Position numbers and translations under genes: made by a program
The notes under the pieces: generated by a model
Database searches by the model: none
Seen by the model: only the letters and a program-made list of their open reading frames with translations
What the model was told of the DNA's origin: nothing
Shown here: positions 37,014 to 45,001 of the stretch, piece by piece
Numbering within the stretch: the stretch's first letter is position 1
How the letters are laid out: each line of letters begins with the position of its first letter
Source of the DNA: an uncultured virus (IMG/VR IMGVR_UViG_3300031951_000036)
Lineage: Duplodnaviria; Heunggongvirae; Uroviricota; Caudoviricetes
Strand: one strand, 5' to 3'
DNA: 64,000 nt
IMG/VR virus record: IMGVR_UViG_3300031951_000036

Positions 37014-37711
37014 GTGAAAAAACTTTTACAATCCAGCAGATCATTGACTGGTGTGACAAGATGGCCGCAGAAGGCAAAAATCCTATCCTTAAATGGGAAG
37101 GTGGTGGAGACTCTGGCTGGGTCTATATGGAAGATGAAGATGGAGAGCGTTTTGACGAAGAAAACGAAGCAGAGTGGTTAATCAATGAGATGTATGACCA
37201 GTTGGACTATGGTTCATGGGCAGGTGAGTTCAGTGCTAATGGTGAGGCTATGTACAATTCACACACCAAATGTTTTGAAGGTACTGACTATTACAGCGAG
37301 GAAGAAAGAATATCATGCTCTGCCCAGATTCGCATTGAAATCCCTGCATTTATACCATTTGACCGCCTGGAGATTGAAACAGAAGATGAAACCTTACATG
37401 TCAAATGCGATATAGCGTTGGATAATGGTTATGTGCACCCCGCTTCTCATGATGCTATGACTTCTTTGGAAAAGCAGCTGAAAGACGAGATTGGTGCAGC
37501 TGTAGACAAACACTACGAAGAGAACAAATACGAGAGTGAGTTCAGAGACTTTTACAATCACTATGTGATCGACCGTAATGAGTTCAAGCGTGAGGGTGAC
37601 ATGATGGTACACATCTTAAAAGAAGTTGAATTTAACGTCACCAACACCACAGAGAAAGATATATCCATTGACCTTAAACAATTATTAGAAGATGAAGAGT
37701 ATGACGCTTGA
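37010..37711 (+). CDS. Acidic protein (DUF6878-like N-terminus)
   Basis: WEGGGDSG motif. Confidence 0.55.
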   Translation: MSEKTFTIQQIIDWCDKMAAEGKNPILKWEGGGDSGWVYMEDEDGERFDEENEAEWLINEMYDQLDYGSWAGEFSANGEAMYNSHTKCFEGTDYYSEEERISCSAQIRIEIPAFIPFDRLEIETEDETLHVKCDIALDNGYVHPASHDAMTSLEKQLKDEIGAAVDKHYEENKYESEFRDFYNHYVIDRNEFKREGDMMVHILKEVEFNVTNTTEKDISIDLKQLLEDEEYDA

Positions 37712-38432
37712 TTACACCAAACTGGAGTTTAACATCAATCGCACAGGGGGATTTACTTTTCCCCTGGCGATGAGTATTTGGAAAACACAGTATAAAACCT
37801 TTGACAACTTTGAGCGCACTTTGCGTGGGAACTACGACGGCACAGAGTTCAACGACTACTTTGATGTGGTGCGTGCAGCATGGGATGATGCGGCTGTTTT
37901 GACAGTAGAGCAGGCATTCACTACAAAGAACATTGAACACCGTCGTGTGATCTTTAATGCTATAGGTGTGGAAAATCTAATGGCGAGTCTGAAACCTACA
38001 TTGGTGGACAGACAAACCATCACCCGTGACAACCTTGTGTTTGACAAGGATGGCAAATCACGCACAGAAACCCTGGTGGATACCTATGAGCTTTACCAGA
38101 TTGACGGTGAGCGTTTGTTTGAAGGTACAGAAGCAGCAGAACGCTGGCGATTCCAACGCGATCGCAACATCTATGCAGTAAAATGTAAGGATGCATCTAC
38201 TGACCGCGAGTACTGGATCTATGTGACTGATGAAGCTGCTAGGGGTAAAGATGCTCTTGAAGCCATTGCCTGGACATACATGCTGAAGTCAGGTACAAAA
38301 ACCAATGAAGTCTACCGCCAGGGTGAAGTGATTATTGCCAAGCACGGCAACACTGAAGAACCTAATCACTGGGGCAGAGTGTATCACATGAACAAAGAAG
38401 AGTATCTAACCAAGATCAAAGCGCAGAGCTAA
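37701..38432 (+). CDS. Conserved protein (DUF6745-like)
   Basis: NIEHRRVIFNAIG...AVKC...STDREYWIYV...AIAW...RQGE. Confidence 0.6.
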   Translation: MTLDYTKLEFNINRTGGFTFPLAMSIWKTQYKTFDNFERTLRGNYDGTEFNDYFDVVRAAWDDAAVLTVEQAFTTKNIEHRRVIFNAIGVENLMASLKPTLVDRQTITRDNLVFDKDGKSRTETLVDTYELYQIDGERLFEGTEAAERWRFQRDRNIYAVKCKDASTDREYWIYVTDEAARGKDALEAIAWTYMLKSGTKTNEVYRQGEVIIAKHGNTEEPNHWGRVYHMNKEEYLTKIKAQS

Positions 38433-38710
38433 TGAAAAAGCTATACGAAAACCAAGACAACAAGCTGGCTCTAGCCTTGGGCAGGACCGGCAACGGACAT
38501 GTGCTAAGAAGCATTAGTGGTAAGAAGACCATTGAGTGGACAGAAACCCCTGACCGTCAGATGAATACAGTAGAGTTCAGGCTGACTGAACCTGCTATCC
38601 TGGAACACCCTGAGCACTCTCCCATTGTGCTGGAACCAGGAGTGTACACCCGCACCCTGCAGGTGGAGTTCAATCCTTTTGACAGAAGTGTTAGTTACAT
38701 TTTTGATTAA
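38432..38710 (+). CDS. Small His-containing beta protein
   Basis: TGNGH...LEHPEH.PIVLEPGVY. Confidence 0.6.
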   Translation: MKKLYENQDNKLALALGRTGNGHVLRSISGKKTIEWTETPDRQMNTVEFRLTEPAILEHPEHSPIVLEPGVYTRTLQVEFNPFDRSVSYIFD

Positions 38711-38766
38711 AAATGTTACAACTTTTTGTAGATGTGAAGAGTTCTGTTGTAATATTGTAGACCTCT

Positions 38767-39234
38767 ATGAACACCACACTGAAGCGCGCCCTCTATCTAG
38801 ATGATGTGCGCACCCCAACTGTTACCCTGGAAGGCTTTGCGCCATTTGCAGTGGTAAGAAACTATGACCAATTTGTCGGGCACATCCAGTCTCATGGAGT
38901 GCCTGACCTCATATCCTTTGACCATGACCTGGCTGATGAGCACATGATGGATTACTTTACCCATCAGGCTAATGGCATTGCCGTGGTTGAGTATGATAAG
39001 TTTACTGAGAAGACAGGCCTTGATTGCATCAAGTGGCTGTGTAACTACATCCTTGATGAGCATGAAAAAGGCAATACTATTCCTATGCCTGCTGTGCGCG
39101 TGCATAGCCATAATCCTGTGGGTGGTGCGAACATACATAACTATGCAAATAATTTTTGCGCATCCATGGGTTGGCCTGCTGCTGCTAGTTTTCTGAGAGT
39201 TCCCTTTGAGATAGCAACACAGGTAGACGAATAG
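38767..39234 (+). CDS. Cyclic-phosphate-processing receiver-like domain protein
   Basis: LYLDDVRTP, ISFDHDL, TGLDCIKWL, VHSHNPVG. Confidence 0.7.
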   Translation: MNTTLKRALYLDDVRTPTVTLEGFAPFAVVRNYDQFVGHIQSHGVPDLISFDHDLADEHMMDYFTHQANGIAVVEYDKFTEKTGLDCIKWLCNYILDEHEKGNTIPMPAVRVHSHNPVGGANIHNYANNFCASMGWPAAASFLRVPFEIATQVDE

Positions 39235-39250
39235 GTGTAGCGCTACGCCC

Positions 39251-39324
39251 GCGTCCATAGCTCAATTGGCTAGAGCAGTGGTCTCCAAAACCACAGGTTC
39301 CAGGTTCGAATCCTGGTGGGCGTG
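39251..39324 (+). tRNA. tRNA-Trp(CCA)
   Basis: GTGGT-CTCCAAA-ACCAC anticodon arm; CCAGG-TTCGAAT-CCTGG; G73. Confidence 0.9.
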
Positions 39325-39348
39325 CAACAATGTTCTTTGACAATATAT

Positions 39349-39922
39349 TCTTTCAAGTGTATGATCTAACGTGATCACGCGTGTGCTGGCACATAGACCA
39401 GATGTGGGGAGCGGTTCTCACAGTTCAACGTACTCTTTATCTAGTATGCGCTATATCCGCAGAACCATCATTGAGTGCTTTCCCAGCCGCAGGGTAGAAC
39501 AATCAGCGGTCAGACTTGACAAAACATTTGAAAGATGAAATTAAGGAGTGAGCATAAAAGACCACATGCAGAATGTAACGGCCAGTTTCTAGAGAGCGCC
39601 TATTCACTAGTATGTTTCTGTGCGATTGCATGCAATATCTCCTCAGGTTTATACATGGCTAACAACAATGGTAGAGCTATACCAAAGCTGGTGTGATTAG
39701 CCAGTCGGCTCCACGTGAACGCTAAATTACAGAGATCACAGCCAGAGAAATAACGCGCCCATTGGGAGAACTAAAAGGCGTCTATCTCACGTTGTTACCC
39801 ATGTACAGGCTTACCCGCAATACAGAGTGTCTGTCAGAGTTGCTACTGACAACCCCAGTTGAGGAATACTCTCCGTAAGGACGTCTACTCGGAGTGACGT
39901 ATAGCACTGGGTTCTGTATTGC
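39349..39922 (+). ncRNA. Array of stem-closed structured RNA modules (or one large ncRNA)
   Basis: ORF-free; closing helices of 12 bp, 14/15 bp and 10 bp. Confidence 0.6.
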
Positions 39923-39929
39923 ACACATT

Positions 39930-40051
39930 AGTCAGGTGGCGGAATGGTAGACGCTTCCTTTATCACAAGGAATAATTGGATAGTGATATATCCTAACATA
40001 AAAGATGTTGATGAAAGTCCTTCTTTACAGGTTCGAATCCTGTCCTGACTA
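39930..40051 (+). ncRNA. tRNA-like RNA with anticodon arm replaced by three hairpins
   Basis: AGTCAGG/CCTGACT acceptor, Leu-type D arm, ACAGG-TTCGAAT-CCTGT; loops TATCAC and GTGATA are complementary. Confidence 0.75.
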
Positions 40052-40182
40052 CGAATGTGGTTCGACTCCACTCGTTTACTGAGGTTGTGGTAAGTAGGTG
40101 TGCCAAAGTTCGAGCCTTTGGGTCTAGAAATAGATGATGGTAGACACGAACAGTATGACAGCTTGGAAAGACAAGCAAGCAT

Positions 40183-40278
40183 AGCACAGTGGTGAAATTG
40201 GTTCACACAAGTCAGTGGAGTAATTCCCAACGGTAAAAAAAGATACTTGTGATACAGGTTCAAATCCTGTCTGTGCTA
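40183..40278 (+). ncRNA. tRNA-like RNA with oversized anticodon loop
   Basis: AGCACAG/CTGTGCT acceptor, D arm, ACAAGT/ACTTGT stem enclosing >30 nt, T arm ACAGG-TTCAAAT-CCTGT. Confidence 0.7.
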
Positions 40279-40283
40279 CGGGC

Positions 40284-40495
40284 TCTGCTTCACTTGCAGA
40301 TAATGTGTCCAACATGAACAAACAGGGTAGTGCCTGTATGGAATTGCTGATAGACCAAAGGTCTATTTAGATTGACTATCTACTGAAAGGGGACTAAACA
40401 GTAACCCATCAAGTCTATTCCTAACCTCTGCGTCTAACAGACTGCGGACAAAGAGGGACAACCGCGATATCTGTAGCTGGATAATGCAGGGTATC
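40284..40495 (+). ncRNA. Ornate structured RNA, copy 2
   Basis: Colinear with 22365-22558. Confidence 0.75.
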
Positions 40496-40499
40496 ATTT

Positions 40500-40581
40500 G
40501 GCCATGTGGTGGAATTGGTAGACACACACGTCTCAGAAGCGTGTATCTCACGATGTGCAGGTTCGACTCCTGTCATGGTCA
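40500..40581 (+). tRNA. tRNA-Leu(CAG)
   Basis: GGCCATG/CATGGTC, CACGT-CTCAGAA-GCGTG, variable arm, T arm. Confidence 0.9.
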
Positions 40582-40583
40582 CA

Positions 40584-40817
40584 ATGAAAAAGTGTTTTTA
40601 CTGTGAGCGCAAGCTTCCGCTGTTCATGTACGCATTGAACAGACGGCAGTACCAGCGCCCTGAAGATAAGGGCCGGTGCAAATCATGTCACATCTGCAAC
40701 TACAAGTACTGGTCTGACCAGGGCTTTGCGTGGTTGCTCAATATCAACACGGGAAAGTTTGAACGTGTTGAGTTTAAATCTAAGTTGGACATTATCAGAA
40801 AAATCTTATGGATGTAA
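40584..40817 (+). CDS. Zn-finger protein
   Basis: CFYC ... CHIC; ATG 40584 just after tRNA. Confidence 0.55.
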   Translation: MKKCFYCERKLPLFMYALNRRQYQRPEDKGRCKSCHICNYKYWSDQGFAWLLNINTGKFERVEFKSKLDIIRKILWM

Positions 40818-41371
40818 AAGAGTTTGAGGCTTACCTCACTATAGATGAGCTGGCAAATTTCAAAGCCAATTTGAAAAATGGATGGTTATCAGCAGGTCGT
40901 GATGAACCAATTGACTACAAGCAGTATATCAAAATGACCAATGCATATACAGTTATGACAAGCTCTTTTGTTTGGAACCTTACGCCAGAAGGGTCACGAT
41001 ACTGGTCAGAGATTCATGATCGTTTTACATCACGCAAACCGCTGACCAATAACTTTCTGGCAGGACATGACTACATGATGTTCTTTACCGCTGAACAGTG
41101 GGGTAAGCTTTGCAAGATAGCCATGGAGCATCTTGGCCCTGAAGCATACAGCCGATGGATGTCTAGCAGTCATGCAAGCATTACCAGTTTTATCACAACC
41201 GGCATACCAGCTTCTGAACAATCTAAGTTTACAGGAAATATCCGCACAGCTGACAGTTCTGGTTATCGAATAAACAGAGGGCTTATTGTAAAGCGCGGTG
41301 AGTTTCTGACCAAAGAAAACACACAAGCTTCAAGTTATACATCAACAACACGCATACACGCAGGCCTATGA
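40808..41371 (+). CDS. Hypothetical protein
   Basis: FVWNLTPEGSRYW motif. Confidence 0.55.
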   Translation: MDVKEFEAYLTIDELANFKANLKNGWLSAGRDEPIDYKQYIKMTNAYTVMTSSFVWNLTPEGSRYWSEIHDRFTSRKPLTNNFLAGHDYMMFFTAEQWGKLCKIAMEHLGPEAYSRWMSSSHASITSFITTGIPASEQSKFTGNIRTADSSGYRINRGLIVKRGEFLTKENTQASSYTSTTRIHAGL

Positions 41372-41718
41372 GATTTGTAAAAGGCAAATTAACCAAAACA
41401 TCTGACAATCAATGGGTGTTCATCGCCCGTTTATCTAGTAAGGAAAAATCAAGAGAGCTCAGCAGGGTGCAACACTACCCTATCACACCACTTGATGAAG
41501 AAATAGTCCGTTACCACGCTACTGAATTGAAAGAGCTGGGTATGGAGTATCAAGGAGAGCATTTGAAAGCTGAGCTTAAAGACTATTGGAGCTCACCAGA
41601 AGGTAAGTATTCTGAGCTGCATCCTTCAGAAAGCTTTAGAAAGCTTGCTAACAAGAAAACATTTGCAAAGCTAATTTACCAAGAAGATGAAAGTGAACAT
41701 CAAGAAACTGCATCCTGA
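41368..41718 (+). CDS. Hypothetical protein
   Basis: ATGA overlap. Confidence 0.5.
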   Translation: MRFVKGKLTKTSDNQWVFIARLSSKEKSRELSRVQHYPITPLDEEIVRYHATELKELGMEYQGEHLKAELKDYWSSPEGKYSELHPSESFRKLANKKTFAKLIYQEDESEHQETAS

Positions 41719-42205
41719 TGCAGTTATCCCTGTGTACGCCAAGCCCGGTGACGCAGGATTAGACCTGACCGCTATCTCAAAGCGCGTGGAAACAGGTATT
41801 GACGAGAACGGTGAGTACATCGAGTATGGCACTGGCCTGGCCATTGAGATCCCAGAAGGGTACGTTGGCCTGGTATTTCCCCGCTCATCAGTAAGCAAGA
41901 AGGACCTGTTCCTGGCAAATGCGGTGGGTGTGATTGACTCTGGTTACAGAGGAGAGATCAAGCTTCGCTACAAACTGAAGCAACAGTTTGATGAGCTGAT
42001 AAACTATGAACATCCTACCCGCATGATGTCTGACATCATAGAATATGCGCTGGATGACAGGCAGTACTACGCCAACATTTACGCTGTGGGAGACAAAGTA
42101 GGTCAACTGATCATCATGCCTTATCCCCAGGTAGAACTGGTAGAAGTAAGCGAGCTGGCTTCTTCAGGCCGTGGTGAAGGTGGGTTTGGTTCAACTGGAA
42201 AGTAA
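41687..42205 (+). CDS. dut: dUTPase (trimeric)
   Basis: AGLDL, PRSS, GVIDSGYRGE, RGEGGFGSTG. Confidence 0.95.
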   Translation: MKVNIKKLHPDAVIPVYAKPGDAGLDLTAISKRVETGIDENGEYIEYGTGLAIEIPEGYVGLVFPRSSVSKKDLFLANAVGVIDSGYRGEIKLRYKLKQQFDELINYEHPTRMMSDIIEYALDDRQYYANIYAVGDKVGQLIIMPYPQVELVEVSELASSGRGEGGFGSTGK

Positions 42206-42344
42206 TGAAAGCAACATTAGACTTTAACACTACGCGCTTTGGGGTTTGTCTCTATACCAAGAGACAGCCTCTGAGGGAGCGCTATCGCTACAAGATACTG
42301 CTGCATCTGTTCATCCTAGAAGCGGTCATAAAATTTAACGTACC

Positions 42345-42713
42345 ATGGAAATCAACAAAAGCTCTGGTCAGGTAGAGATCATAGGCCCTCATGGTCGCAT
42401 CTACCTGTACACACATGACCATAAAGAGAGGCTGGTGGCAGATGTCCATGCAGCCATGTACCCCCGCAAGCGCTGGGATGACCCAGATTACCTGGCTAAA
42501 ATTGTGTTCTGTCACATGGTTCCCATAGAGTGCTGGCAGGAAGAGAAAGGTTATGGCATTGGTACACAGCTTTACGCTGACATTGACCTGCTGATTACCC
42601 TAGATACCACCAGGCAACTGGTCACTATTACCTCAGTCCTAGACAAGCACTACCGTTACCAAGGTACATTTGATGAGTTTGTCAACGGTTATACCAAGAG
42701 TGCACAACTTTAA
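42345..42713 (+). CDS. Hypothetical protein
   Basis: IYLYTH...RWDDPDYLAKIVF. Confidence 0.55.
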   Translation: MEINKSSGQVEIIGPHGRIYLYTHDHKERLVADVHAAMYPRKRWDDPDYLAKIVFCHMVPIECWQEEKGYGIGTQLYADIDLLITLDTTRQLVTITSVLDKHYRYQGTFDEFVNGYTKSAQL

Positions 42714-42742
42714 ACTTTGGAAGTTTAAACTCTTTCTGTAGC

Positions 42743-42836
42743 TTTGTGGAGAAGCGTGAGCGATTTGGGGCAGGCCTGTGAAATGCAGTCTGGGCGTGAG
42801 TTCTGACGAGGGTTCGAATCCCTCCAGCTCCACAAA
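42743..42836 (+). other. tRNA/tmRNA-3'-end-like sequence; candidate att site
   Basis: GACGAGGGTTCGAATCCCTCCAGCTCCA (42805-42832) about 150 bp upstream of the integrase; TTTGTGGAG/CTCCACAAA stem. Confidence 0.65.
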
Positions 42837-42986
42837 GTCTGTGTAACACATTGATTATCAATGCCTGTTCCTTGCGTAACATGCGTAAAACAGGCATTTT
42901 TAGTGTGGTAAATCGTGAGTGATTTACACCTACACAAAACTGTTCAAAAAACGCATCCACGCTATCATAGGTATAAAATCCTTTAT

Positions 42987-44162
42987 ATGATAGTATCTTT
43001 CTTCACAAGACCCGGCAGGCGGGGTGTGCGCTTCCTGTATTGCCGGTTAACCACCCAGCAAAAATGCGCAGAAATCAAGCTCAACTACATTGTTACAGGC
43101 AGTGACAGGAAAGTGGATGCTTACAAGAAGCAGGTAGAAGACCAGATTGCTGAGCTCTACAACCACCAACTGATCAAAGAAAAGCCAGCGGATCCCCAGA
43201 CCATTAAGACCCTGTTCCAAACCAAAACCAAGGCGTACTTCCTGCTGGATACGTTCAAGGACTTTATTGACAGGCGGATTAAACCCAGGGTAGATAAGAA
43301 AGACCTGGGCAAAGGTAGCCTTCAGAAGTATACCTGCGTCTATGAACACCTCAAGGATTTCACAAATGCCCGTGGGCGTACAGACGTACCCTGGCAAATG
43401 GTGGATGATACCTTTGTAGAAGAGTTTGATGAGTACCTCAGACAGTTCAACTCCCACAACACGGTAATGAAGAGCCTGTACAAGTTCAAGACCGTGGTCA
43501 CCTATGCCCTGAAGGTCAAAAAGTACATTACAGAAGACCCTTTTGCTACCAAGTCATTGACACTGAAGAAGGTGTTTCCCATTGCCCTGACCCAGACTGA
43601 GCTCCAGATGCTGATCAAAAAGCGCATGGACGTTGAACGGCTGGAACAGGTAAAGGACTTGTTTCTTTTCCAGTGTTTTAGCGGTTTGTCTTATGCAGAC
43701 ATGCGCAAACTGAAACAGGCGTATATCAGTGACCAAATCATCAACACCAACCGTCAGAAGAACGGTGAGCCTGCTATAGCGTATATGTACCAACTCGCTG
43801 AAATGATACTAAAAAAGCATGAAAACAGGCTTCCCATAGTGTCAAATCAAAAAATGAACGCATATCTTAAAGAAATTGCTGACATTTGCAACATTAGTAA
43901 ACGGTTAACTACACACGTGGCAAGACACACGTATGCTACAACAGTTAATTTAAAGAACGGTGTATCTTTACAAACCGTTCAAAAGTTGCTTGGTCACGCA
44001 ACGATTAAACAAACAGAACATTACGCGCGTTTGGACGACAGTGATGTAAAAAATGTGTGCAAACGAGCAAGCAGGAAAGTAAACAAACTATATAACTTAC
44101 CTGAACAGTTAAGTTTTTTTGACAAACAAAAGCAAGAAAATGGCGAAGAAAAAGCTCACTGA
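42987..44162 (+). CDS. int: Tyrosine integrase, Bacteroidota IntDOT-like
   Basis: FQCFSGLSYAD (Ser at first Arg position), RQK, SNQKMNAYLKEI, HVARHT, LLGH, TEHY. Confidence 0.92.
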   Translation: MIVSFFTRPGRRGVRFLYCRLTTQQKCAEIKLNYIVTGSDRKVDAYKKQVEDQIAELYNHQLIKEKPADPQTIKTLFQTKTKAYFLLDTFKDFIDRRIKPRVDKKDLGKGSLQKYTCVYEHLKDFTNARGRTDVPWQMVDDTFVEEFDEYLRQFNSHNTVMKSLYKFKTVVTYALKVKKYITEDPFATKSLTLKKVFPIALTQTELQMLIKKRMDVERLEQVKDLFLFQCFSGLSYADMRKLKQAYISDQIINTNRQKNGEPAIAYMYQLAEMILKKHENRLPIVSNQKMNAYLKEIADICNISKRLTTHVARHTYATTVNLKNGVSLQTVQKLLGHATIKQTEHYARLDDSDVKNVCKRASRKVNKLYNLPEQLSFFDKQKQENGEEKAH

Positions 44163-44496
44163 TCAACACATGAAGGAGATGACTCAAATGGTGAGTCAGG
44201 GTAAAACCCCAGAAGAAATCAGCAAGCATTTCAACATTGCTGTGAGCAGCGTTCACAACTACAAGCGTGAACTAAGGAAAAAAGGTGTAGATGTACCGGA
44301 CATCAAAGGCAAACGCCCTGGGGATCCATACCATAAAAAGCCTACTAAAGTAATCACCAGCAACATTCCTGTCAGAAAAGACACCACCCTGAAAGTGGCG
44401 TTTTTGACAGTCACAGTGAATGATGTAGTGTTTAAGGTAGACAATCGCGCTAAAGAAGTCATCATCGGTCAACATGAACTTTGTGTAACCTTCTGA
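44140..44496 (+). CDS. HTH DNA-binding protein
   Basis: GKTPEEISKHFNIAVSSVHNYKREL; overlaps integrase 3' end. Confidence 0.65.
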   Translation: MAKKKLTDQHMKEMTQMVSQGKTPEEISKHFNIAVSSVHNYKRELRKKGVDVPDIKGKRPGDPYHKKPTKVITSNIPVRKDTTLKVAFLTVTVNDVVFKVDNRAKEVIIGQHELCVTF

Positions 44497-44520
44497 GAAG
44501 ACAGTTCTCATGTACAGAGC

Positions 44521-44547
44521 GCCATCCTCAAAAGGGGTGGCTTTTTT
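44521..44547 (+). terminator. Intrinsic terminator closing the int-HTH unit
   Basis: GCCATCCT-CAAA-AGGGGTGGC plus T tract. Confidence 0.75.
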
Positions 44548-44557
44548 GTTGGAAGTA

Positions 44558-44600
44558 TAGCGTTATAGTGCGCAAGTTGTAGAGGTATTTCATATCTTTG
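44558..44600 (+). promoter_or_regulatory. 27-bp box copy 2 plus Bacteroidota-type -7 element heading the replication operon
   Basis: TAGCGTTATAGTGCGCAAGTTGTAGAG then TATCTTTG. Confidence 0.65.
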
Positions 44601-44659
44601 TGTAGCACCTCTACATTTTTGATATACATTAGTCGGCATGTATTTGAGCTTGCCGCCCT

Positions 44660-44944
44660 ATGTTATACCAACTGCCTAACGGAAAGTGTATTGAGTTGAC
44701 CATGGAGCAATTCCTAAAGATGACGGAAGAGGAGCTCAAGGGTATGATAGCGTTCAACGCTGGAGAAGAGGTCAACGACCCTTTTGCGCTGAGTGTCCTG
44801 CGCTACGGTCCACACCGGTCTATTGAAGATGTGGATGATGTAGATGATTTTGCAGAAATACCCCTTGAGGATCTTACTGACGTTCCTGATGTGGAAAAGA
44901 TCTATGACAAGGACTACATCGACTTTGACAACCTAGAAACCTGA
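44660..44944 (+). CDS. Acidic hypothetical protein
   Basis: MLYQLPNGKCIEL. Confidence 0.6.
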   Translation: MLYQLPNGKCIELTMEQFLKMTEEELKGMIAFNAGEEVNDPFALSVLRYGPHRSIEDVDDVDDFAEIPLEDLTDVPDVEKIYDKDYIDFDNLET

Positions 44945-45001
44945 CGCCCCACTCCTGTTGGGTTACCTGAACAGCATGCTGTCTGGAAATATCATGCGCC
45001 T

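Noticed and set aside
39325..39348. Theta (HDV-like) ribozymes at tRNA 3' ends
   Set aside because: Could not build the nested double pseudoknot downstream of the tRNAs I examined by eye
39695..39720. raiA-motif similarity (GCCAGTCG...TCCACGT)
   Set aside because: Only two short words match; spacing and remaining conserved blocks are absent
39928..40583. Short ORFs over the RNA cluster and GTG start at 40506
   Set aside because: Antisense to or inside tRNA/structured RNA elements; no protein-like features
42743..42836. Complete tmRNA or functional tRNA-Ser/His
   Set aside because: Far too short for tmRNA, no tag ORF; acceptor mismatches and no canonical anticodon arm
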